DNA from: a virus
DNA: 64,000 nt
Virus record (IMG/VR): IMGVR_UViG_3300048997_000225
Span: 68,504 to 132,503 of that record
Direction: 5' to 3' (one strand)
The position numbers and the translations under genes are program-made. Positions 53,559-61,800 of the stretch are shown piece by piece. The first letter of the stretch is position 1. Every line of letters begins with the position of its first letter. A model generated the notes under the pieces. The model did not search any database. It worked only from the letters and a program-made list of their open reading frames with translations, and was not told where the DNA came from.

Positions 53559-53825
53559 TTTAAATCTCCAATCGACAGAATCGAATAATATGTTCCAGCC
53601 CAGTTCTGTCAATTGATATTCATAACTATAATTTATTGTTATCATTTGATTCTTGATCATTTTAAATAATTGATCACTGATCAAATTCTTATTGGCTGAC
53701 GAACCGTTCTTGATGATAAATCGATACAAATCTGGTCTAAATACTCCAGATTTGAAATTCAATTGATGCGTCGCTATTGCAACAATCAATTCTATTTTAG
53801 TTCGACATAATTTTAACATAAGCAA
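53538..53825 (-). CDS. Small winged-helix-like protein
   Basis: 'L.KMIKNQMI...YQLTELG' wing motif. Confidence 0.5.
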   Translation of the reverse strand: MLMLKLCRTKIELIVAIATHQLNFKSGVFRPDLYRFIIKNGSSANKNLISDQLFKMIKNQMITINYSYEYQLTELGWNILFDSVDWRFKLTQSSI

Positions 53826-53844
53826 AAATGGGACAATACCAATA

Positions 53845-54084
53845 TTATGTATACATTACGGATATTATCATATATTCATCAAAACTAGTTGGACGGAATT
53901 GCCAATAATTCCATCGGGTGATTGCACATTGGCATCCGCGTCGAGTCTTATATCGAAGTGCATATCGGATATTGGACATTTCCGATGTCCAAGTTATGGT
54001 GTAACAATGTGTGTTCCCATATCGGACTACAAATTCGCCGGTGTTCCAGTTACACATTATGAAGTAGTTATTGAAAGTGAACAC
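53845..54084 (-). CDS. Tandem paralog 3 of 3, with C-terminal motif
   Basis: WTSEMSNIRYALRYKTRRGC; ends EYMIISVMYT*. Confidence 0.6.
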   Translation of the reverse strand: MFTFNNYFIMCNWNTGEFVVRYGNTHCYTITWTSEMSNIRYALRYKTRRGCQCAITRWNYWQFRPTSFDEYMIISVMYT

Positions 54085-54331
54085 CGGCTACCGTAAGGTA
54101 TTTAATTAATTCATCCATCAGTATACCAGTCATATCATGACTTGCAAAATATCGCTTAGCTATATCAATACAAGCTTGACGACTACGATATAAAGCAACA
54201 TATTGAATGTCGTCAATATATTTACTCCAGCTAACACTAGAATAAGATACATAATTCCTTCGAGTTAAATATGTCCCGGTAGAATTGGAAAAAGGGACAT
54301 ATATTCGAGGATTATTATTAATAAATAGCAT
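54068..54331 (-). CDS. Tandem paralog 2 of 3
   Basis: WSKYIDDIQYVALYRSRQAC; ends YLTVAGVHFQ*. Confidence 0.6.
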   Translation of the reverse strand: MLFINNNPRIYVPFSNSTGTYLTRRNYVSYSSVSWSKYIDDIQYVALYRSRQACIDIAKRYFASHDMTGILMDELIKYLTVAGVHFQ

Positions 54332-54580
54332 TCAAGATTCCATTATCAATAATACTTGAAGTTCCCGGAATCGAATTGGACTACAATAATCGGAAAGTAT
54401 ATTATTATTAATATAAGCTATACATTGTTGTCGAGTTTTAAATTTCCTTATTTGATTGAGGCAGTTAATTTCTCCGGTGAAATATGTGCTTCCAGCAAAT
54501 TCAGCAACAAACAACCGAGAAACTCTAGAATAAATCACCCAATTTTTTCGAGATTTATCGAATCGTTCTTTACTTTTCAT
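54332..54580 (-). CDS. Tandem paralog 1 of 3, with C-terminal motif
   Basis: FTGEINCLNQIRKFKTRQQC; ends ELQVLLIMES*. Confidence 0.6.
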   Translation of the reverse strand: MKSKERFDKSRKNWVIYSRVSRLFVAEFAGSTYFTGEINCLNQIRKFKTRQQCIAYINNNILSDYCSPIRFRELQVLLIMES

Positions 54581-54582
54581 GA

Positions 54583-54951
54583 ATGATTAATAATATGGGA
54601 AATCCCAAAGACATCATAAATGAAAGGGGTGACAATCTACAACTGGATGAAATCGATTGGTCAAATCCAACAACTACCATACACCCAAATGCTCCAACTG
54701 GAGTGACAGAAGACAATAAAACTGAACAAAGACTTCTCGAGAGCGTTATTATTGGTGGATTATCAGAAGCTATTCAAGAAATGGAAAAAGCTACGCAAAT
54801 CGTGAGTGAATGCGAAAGTGTTATTCTGCCTCAAACTCGTAATGAACTGTTCAAACTCATATATAGATCACAAAAATCGTTGGGACAAATTGTAAGACTG
54901 TTAAATGGTCAAACAACTTACTCGGTCAAAACGAATAAAGAAAACGTATAA
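54583..54951 (+). CDS. Hypothetical protein
   Basis: 122-aa ORF; start uncertain. Confidence 0.55.
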   Translation: MINNMGNPKDIINERGDNLQLDEIDWSNPTTTIHPNAPTGVTEDNKTEQRLLESVIIGGLSEAIQEMEKATQIVSECESVILPQTRNELFKLIYRSQKSLGQIVRLLNGQTTYSVKTNKENV

Positions 54952-55022
54952 TCCGATGATTCGGAAAAGTGATATGATATGATTGACTTTATGATAGAGG
55001 TTCAATTAAGAGAATCTTATAA

Positions 55023-55616
55023 ATGACAATCGCATCACAAGCATTCGGTTCCATATTCAATCAGGCCATAGGGTCTGGTATTGCAGGGTTCACCGGTCCA
55101 CGTGGAAACACCGGGCCTCAAGGTGCGACCGGTCCTTTTGGTGGTCCAACTGGGCCTCAAGGTGCGACCGGTCCTGTCGGGAACACGGGTCCTATTGGAA
55201 CGACCGGTCCACGTGGGAACACGGGTCCTGTCGGAACCGTTGGTCCAACAGGTCCTCAAGGCGTACAAGGTGTTACTGGAGCTCTTGGACCGAGTCAGAA
55301 ATATACTTATCCCAGCCCGGCCACACCGCGAGTGGGAAGTTATATGGCATCGGTCTTCGAGCGAGTCATTTACGATCCGTCGTCTGGCCCATTCACTGTT
55401 TACGCTCCAACAGGTTCAAGCGTCGGAGACCAATTCGGAGTAAAGAATGTATCCTCTTCCACTGGCCCAATCCAGGTGAATGGTGGAGGCCGCGGAATTG
55501 AAAATCCGGCCGTCAGTTACACATTGGCGAATGTGATCACAATGGTCGGGGCAGCATTAGGTGTTACTTGGGAACGCGGTTCAACAGGCTGGAATGCTGT
55601 GGCGAGGACTCCATGA
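55023..55616 (+). CDS. Short collagen-like protein
   Basis: Gly-X-Y tract; C-terminal domain similar to that of 4202-7120 (GVKNVSSS vs GIKNVSSS). Confidence 0.8.
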   Translation: MTIASQAFGSIFNQAIGSGIAGFTGPRGNTGPQGATGPFGGPTGPQGATGPVGNTGPIGTTGPRGNTGPVGTVGPTGPQGVQGVTGALGPSQKYTYPSPATPRVGSYMASVFERVIYDPSSGPFTVYAPTGSSVGDQFGVKNVSSSTGPIQVNGGGRGIENPAVSYTLANVITMVGAALGVTWERGSTGWNAVARTP

Positions 55617-56038
55617 AAATTAAGAATATCACAACCGGCAAAATTTATTTGGGTGATCTCAAGCTGGCCCCAGAATCTCAAACTGTTGGTCGGAGGGGTG
55701 AAGACAGATATCTGGCAGCTGGCGATTCTATGTATCTGCCAGACACAAGCGAGGTCCTTCGTAGTGCTCATTACGGAACGCTGAAGAAATGGAAAGACGC
55801 TGGGGTGATAGAGATCAATGACAAGACCGATCTCACGGCTTCTCCAGGACCAGGCAATTCAGTTACGATAGTTCATGGTCTTGGCTATCTCCCGCTTGTG
55901 ACTATCTTCAAGAAAGTCGGAAGCACTTGGGTGGATGCGATGGGCACTTATGATTTGGTACATAATGCCAATTTCACATCTACGACCGTTACGAACGCGT
56001 CGTTATCTGCTATGACGTACATGATTCGTATCGGGTAA
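55613..56038 (+). CDS. Putative virion structural protein
   Basis: GAGGA SD and ATGA overlap with the collagen gene give start MKIKNITTG; beta-rich C-terminus. Confidence 0.6.
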   Translation: MKIKNITTGKIYLGDLKLAPESQTVGRRGEDRYLAAGDSMYLPDTSEVLRSAHYGTLKKWKDAGVIEINDKTDLTASPGPGNSVTIVHGLGYLPLVTIFKKVGSTWVDAMGTYDLVHNANFTSTTVTNASLSAMTYMIRIG

Positions 56039-56099
56039 AACCACGTACGATTGTCATTAATCGTGAAGGCTGACCAGATCTGGTCAGCCTTCAAACGTT

Positions 56100-56492
56100 T
56101 CAACCTCCAGCGTCATATTGAAGCCAAATTCCAAGCGGGTGCCTTGATTGATTTGGATATTCAGAATTGGCTTCAGTTTGCCGTTGAATCTGGAAATCTA
56201 CAGGAAGTCCAGATGCTTGAGCAAGCCAAAGTGAAATTGAAGAACACATGATTGACCATAACGCATTATATTGTGATGAACTATTACGTTTTCCATCTTT
56301 AAATAAGCCTGGGAACATTCGGTCGTATTCAACATCGTCGAGAATGCATCGAACATCAACATCACGATAATCACGTCGTTCTATTGCCGAACCAACCAAA
56401 TAAATAGTATGACCGAAAGCAGCCGTCAGTGTTGAACAAGCTTGATTTAAATTAAAAATTTGTGGAGCTCCAATAAAATTGGCCCGCTTCAT
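56100..56492 (-). CDS. Minimal Pol-beta-family nucleotidyltransferase-like protein
   Basis: 'YLVGSA...YRDVDVRCIL...GLPVDFQ' gives the GS, DxD and third Asp. Confidence 0.65.
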   Translation of the reverse strand: MKRANFIGAPQIFNLNQACSTLTAAFGHTIYLVGSAIERRDYRDVDVRCILDDVEYDRMFPGLFKDGKRNSSSQYNALWSIMCSSISLWLAQASGLPVDFQIQRQTEANSEYPNQSRHPLGIWLQYDAGG

Positions 56493-56761
56493 GTGAATAA
56501 TCGATGGCGTTTGGTTAATTTAATAACAAGCATGACGCCGTATGCACCACCGTTACAAATATAATTGATAACTAAAGGGATGGAAGGCTTATCGGCCAAC
56601 AACACATGCGAAAGCATGCTGAACATGCCGATTTCTAGAATTACTAAAAATCCGAGCGAAACGCCGTCACAATGTCCATCTCTAAAAGTTTTGAAGAGTT
56701 GTGGCAGTACAGACAACATTAAAGCTATGGTGCCAATGTAACCTAGCCACTGAGCTATCAT
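56489..56761 (-). CDS. PQ-loop / SemiSWEET-like 3-TM membrane protein
   Basis: 'LGYIG...LPQLFKTFR....GVS', three hydrophobic segments, conserved Asn in TM3. Confidence 0.8.
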   Translation of the reverse strand: MIAQWLGYIGTIALMLSVLPQLFKTFRDGHCDGVSLGFLVILEIGMFSMLSHVLLADKPSIPLVINYICNGGAYGVMLVIKLTKRHRLFT

Positions 56762-56791
56762 AACAGAACTGTACTAAAATTCTGAATTATG

Positions 56792-56938
56792 TTACAAATG
56801 CATACGCATAATGTTTCGAATTGGAACGATGCTAAATAGAATAGAAATAATCATGACTGACTGAAAATTAAAGCAAAAACCGATAATAAATAGCCAAAGT
56901 ATCATGCTCAAATTGAGCGCGTGCGTGGCTAACATCAT
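56792..56938 (-). CDS. 48-aa membrane protein (missing from ORF track)
   Basis: Hand translation MMLATHALNLSMILWLFIIGFCFNFQSVMIISILFSIVPIRNIMRMHL*; ATGA overlap with upstream gene. Confidence 0.5.
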   Translation of the reverse strand: MMLATHALNLSMILWLFIIGFCFNFQSVMIISILFSIVPIRNIMRMHL

Positions 56939-57123
56939 CGAACATGTCGCCTGATATAGAGAGCCATGAAAATGGCGGACGCGCCATTTAAAAAAGCTGA
57001 AGTCACCATGACTGGAATGGATTGCAATAAATGACCAATAGCGAAAGAGATTATCATACTTAAAGTGAATACTGCATTCATTAAAATAATTTTATCCGGA
57101 TTCCCGTTAAATCGTAATACCAT
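56935..57123 (-). CDS. 62-aa two-TM membrane protein
   Basis: Two hydrophobic helices and a basic C-terminus. Confidence 0.55.
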   Translation of the reverse strand: MVLRFNGNPDKIILMNAVFTLSMIISFAIGHLLQSIPVMVTSAFLNGASAIFMALYIRRHVR

Positions 57124-57132
57124 CCATATACA

Positions 57133-58815
57133 TTACACTTCAATCACCCACATAGTTTTTGGTTCTTCTTTTACATGCGCCAAACCAGCTTGAATCGCGA
57201 ATTCAGTTTCATTCATATGATTGGATCGAGCCATATCCCATACTGTCTTCTTATGAATTGGTCGATTAGTTTGAGGATCTAAATAATGATATGATGGCAG
57301 TGTATTTGATAATTGCTTCCATTTAGATACTTCATAGATAGTCCCGTGATCATCCACGGAAGTGTCTGAAAAACTCAGTATAGCACGAATTCCTGGATTG
57401 TCTTGAATATATGTAACTATGGAATGTTCTAAACAATGACTGGCCAAATTGAATGATTTGATATTCGGTCTAATACAAAATCGTCTAAGTTCTCGAATGT
57501 CTCGTGGTCCGAAATCTTTCTCCAGATTGGAATTAACTTTCTTGATTGATTGATTCCGGGTCACACCACCAAAAACACATACAGCAATTAAAACAGATCC
57601 CAAATAAGCACCGATGGATGTTGCTACAGTCCCAAGATTTCCCAGGTAATGATACTGCGATAAAAATACATGAGCTTCTTTATTGGGAATTTGTCGAAAT
57701 ATGAGCTTGGATTTTTTAACAAAAATCCGTGGCTCTATGATTTTATAAATATGATGATCAAATATTTTCCGTAAGCGGCCAATATGGAGTTCATGTTCGA
57801 AAATCCAAACTAAGTTATATTTTGTATATTTTTCAATATAATTAGATTTTGCTCTATCTTTAGGAGTCCCGGAATAGCCATTCTTTTTAAAATCATGAAA
57901 ATAATCACCTTGACATTCAATAAGTAAATTGGCTTGTGGGACTAAAAAATCAAAAGAATAAGGACCAATCGAATGCTCTCGAACATAATCCACTTTGTAA
58001 CGATCTTTTAGAATTGATTCTACGAGTTGTTCAGTCTTCGGATTATTGAGTTTTAACCGGACTGAAGGAATATCTAATGTACATTCTACTCCATAACGAT
58101 CTTTAAGAGTCTCTATGGTCTTTTTCCGCATATGTTGCCAACATGTAATGTTCCCTTTCCTCAAAGAATATTTGGACATCGGCAATTCTATCGGACACTT
58201 ACAGTATTTACATAAAGCGATAACTTTTTGAGCAGAATAAGTACTCAAATTGAGCGGAGAATATCCAAATTTTATAATTGTTGCATCAATATCCAAACAA
58301 GAAATATCAAAGATTGGTCGTTTGGATAAATAAAATTGATGTTTATCTTGATCGCTTTTTTGACGAACATAAACCGATGCAATGGCATCGCAATGTTTAC
58401 AAGCTATTAAATTGGAACGATTAGTAATAACACAGAATTTGGTCTCAAATTTCGAAAGACAAAATTCGCAATCAGCAATAATTAATTTAGATGATCTATT
58501 ACCAAGGTCATATGGAGAATATCCAAACTTAATAACGGTAGCTTCGATATCTAAATGACTAATATTTAATGGAGGCCTCCGTTCAAGATAAAATTGATGT
58601 TTATCTTGAACAGATCCGGATTGATTATATATTGCAGATATTGATCGACATTTAGAACAAGTAGTGGAAGGATTGCGTCTTATTGATTTGAACGAAGATT
58701 CAAATGAAGATAGACAAAATTCGCAGTCAAAAATAACTGGCTTTTCAGATCCATGACTAATGGATTCGGGTGAATATCCGAATCTAGAAATAGTCTCAGA
58801 GATATTGTAATGCAA
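57133..58815 (-). mobile_element. Homing-endonuclease-like gene, copy C (different N-terminal repeats + Vsr/DUF559-like nuclease + GNAT/Mom-like domain)
   Basis: Three 'FGYSP...S.K....CxxC' repeats; 'TLKDRYGVE'; 'YSFDF...LIECQGDYFH'; 'FLSQYHYLG...RELRRF...ILSFSD...GTIY'. Confidence 0.7.
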
Positions 58816-58839
58816 TTGTAATATTATACAATTAATCGA

Positions 58840-58880
58840 AATCTCGCATTACACATTTAAACAATATGTAATGCGAGATT
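58840..58880. repeat. 14-bp inverted repeat just after sheath stop codon (terminator or processing stem)
   Basis: aatctcgcattaca-N13-tgtaatgcgagatt. Confidence 0.85.
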
Positions 58881-58884
58881 CAGA

Positions 58885-61800
58885 TCATATACGAATTCGA
58901 ACATTGAGAGTTGACACGACATATTCCAACGGAAAGATTGGAACATAAATACTTTCTGTCCGCATAATGGTTGGATCACCATCATCCAATTGAACAGAAA
59001 TCCCGGCCACTTTGGAAACAATGATTTGGTCGATCAAACGAGCAAAAAGTCCGACCAAAGCATTTTCGACAGCTTTGATAAGAGACCCTGTGAATTTCTG
59101 TCCAATGAATGGATCCAACACAGCACGAATAGATTGCTGGACGTATTGGATAGTTAAAGTCACAGATGGAGTCCGTGTAATAACAGAATCCATTCGTGTT
59201 GTGAGTCCATGCCGAATCCGTATGTCGGAATTGATTTGTTCGACGACAGAAACGCCAGCTATCGCTACTTGATTGGCTTCAGTCGGATCTAGAGTGCGTC
59301 CGAGCCTCTTGAATCCGAGAATCTGCCTGCGAGTCCAAGGAGTAGCCACATCAATTGATGGATTACAGGAAGCGCCAGACATGGCAGCAGCCATGAAGGA
59401 TCCATCAACTAATTGATCGAAGCTCTGACTATTATTATCCTGAACGCTAACAATATAACTATCAGGATAAGCCACCACCATGAGTTCAGATTGTAATCCT
59501 TGAGCTATTGCAGACACGCCAAGTGGAACTGTGCCGGAAGCCACACCAATTACGCCAATGCGTTCACCTTCCTGACGAGGTGCTGACATAAACACGCAAT
59601 GTTGGTTCAAATATGCAAAGATTTGAGGATCTGTGCCAAGCGGAGTTATGACATCTGGCAAGACTGATCCCTCAATTGGTTTCTTTTGTTCATCAATAGC
59701 AGTGATGAACGAACCAATGCTTGCTTGACTGGAATCATCAGCTTTTAAGATTTGCTTCAGACCAATGAGTACAGCACCATTCAATAATGCCAATCGAGCT
59801 GCCAGAGAAAGCGGGAATTCTGGAGTTGGAGGACCAAAATTCTGTTGAATTTTCTTCAAATCTCTGAATAGTTTAGTCGAAAGATCAGTCTTCGCAAATT
59901 GATAACTAATATAGTATATATCACCAACAGCAGGTTCATTCCCGCCACGCTGATAAGTGGTTACCAACGCCGTAGTACCTATTCCCATATTCAATGTGTT
60001 GAATATTGTTAATTCAACACCTGGTACTGACCGCGTTGGAATAGAAGCATCAGCTGTAAAAGTCGAGTCAACAATCAAAGTAAATGTGCCGTTGTTGGCA
60101 TAGTCACCAGATGAAGCTGGCAACACAGTGAATCGCAAACCAGTAACTAAATCAGTATAAGTCTGGCCCGGAGTCCCAGTTCCAGCGGAACCAGTAGGAT
60201 TGGAACTGCTAACTTGGAATCCTGATTGAGCAGCTTCCCCTGTATCACCACTAGTGCCAGGGATAATGCCAATTCCTGTATCAGTCACAAACGCTGTATT
60301 AGAGACGTTGGTGAATGAAATAGTGGAGGTGGATCCAGCAGTCAGAGAATCTATCCGTAAATAATTCCCTAGACCAGATGCTAACACCCGATAAGCCACC
60401 GCTAATGCATTGAATGCCGAACTAGCATTCAATGCATTAGCAATCGTTGTAGCCGTGGGCTGGGTCCGGACTACAGAATCTCCAGCAGTAAACCCAAGCC
60501 TATCATTGGCTGTTCCAAGGACAGAAATGCCAACGACTGAAGCCACGGTGTTAGTTTGAGATACTAACACCACCTTGTCCAAGCGAATCCCTTGTCCAAG
60601 TTGCGCAACTAACTGCAAATTGCTAGCTGTCGTAACATTGACCGTATCGTTGGATGCGTGAACACCAGACTGCGTCCGGTGAGCGTTATAACTCGTCTTG
60701 GCAATATATAAGAACTGAACCGCTGTCTTCAAATCGGTCGGAGCAGCAACCGTTATTGGATTAACAATATCCGGAATGGTGTGGTACGAACCACCGCTGT
60801 TGGAATAATGTGCATTCAGTTGCGTGCGAATATCCGCACACAGCGTGAGGAGAGTTGCAAGGCTACTAGCGGTAGCAGCTGTAATGATGTTGGTCGTATC
60901 ATTCGCTGCGTGAACGCTACCTTGCGTACGATGCGCATTGTAGTCGGCTTTAATCTCATTAGCCAGAGTATTGGCAGCAGTCAAGATTAAAGCTTGATCA
61001 GTGGACGAAGCGGTTGATGCATATCCAGCATTGATATAGTCAACAACCGCTGCCGCTGGAACTGAAGCTCCAGTTGGGAGCACTGCTGAATAATCTTGAC
61101 CATCAATGTTGAACAAAAATGAATTGTTCACACCTGAAGAAATGCTGAATGGACCAGCATTGGCGCCGACAATAAGCGCTGGTTGATTAAGTGCGTTGTA
61201 ACTGCCAACAGCAACTTGGTTCGGACCAAGTTGCACTTTCGGCGACGCATCAGTTTGGCCAACTTGCGTTGGAGACAACACTGTCACATTGGATTGCAGA
61301 CCATTAGTTGCTGTTGGAGTATTGCGTCCAACAATCTTCAACAGACTTTGCGCACCATATGTAACAGCACTTGCCAACGTATTGGGCGAACTCGATGAGA
61401 ACGTAGCTGACCCGTCAGCATGAACCTGTACGTCTGCATCGATTGCAGCATTAATAGCAGATACCACGCCCGTAAGCGTTGTAGCGCCTGACAAATCGAT
61501 TGGAGCTATAGTGACTCCATCCACTTGCAAGACCAAATTGTCAGTCGATGCAAATACTAAAGCTCCAGCGCTACTGATTGGTTGAGAGACCAATTCAGCT
61601 TTAAAAGCGGTTGCCAAGTTGACTGTAACTGGCGAATTCCCATCAATTACAACGCCACCGAACTGTCGACTATATGAATAGATATCATATGGATCGGGAT
61701 TAGCATTCGAAAATGACGCGTGCGTAGCTGGAAGCAACGATGTCAAGAATTTGACCGTTACAGTCTCGGAAACTGGAGTCCCTCCATAATGGAAAGCATC

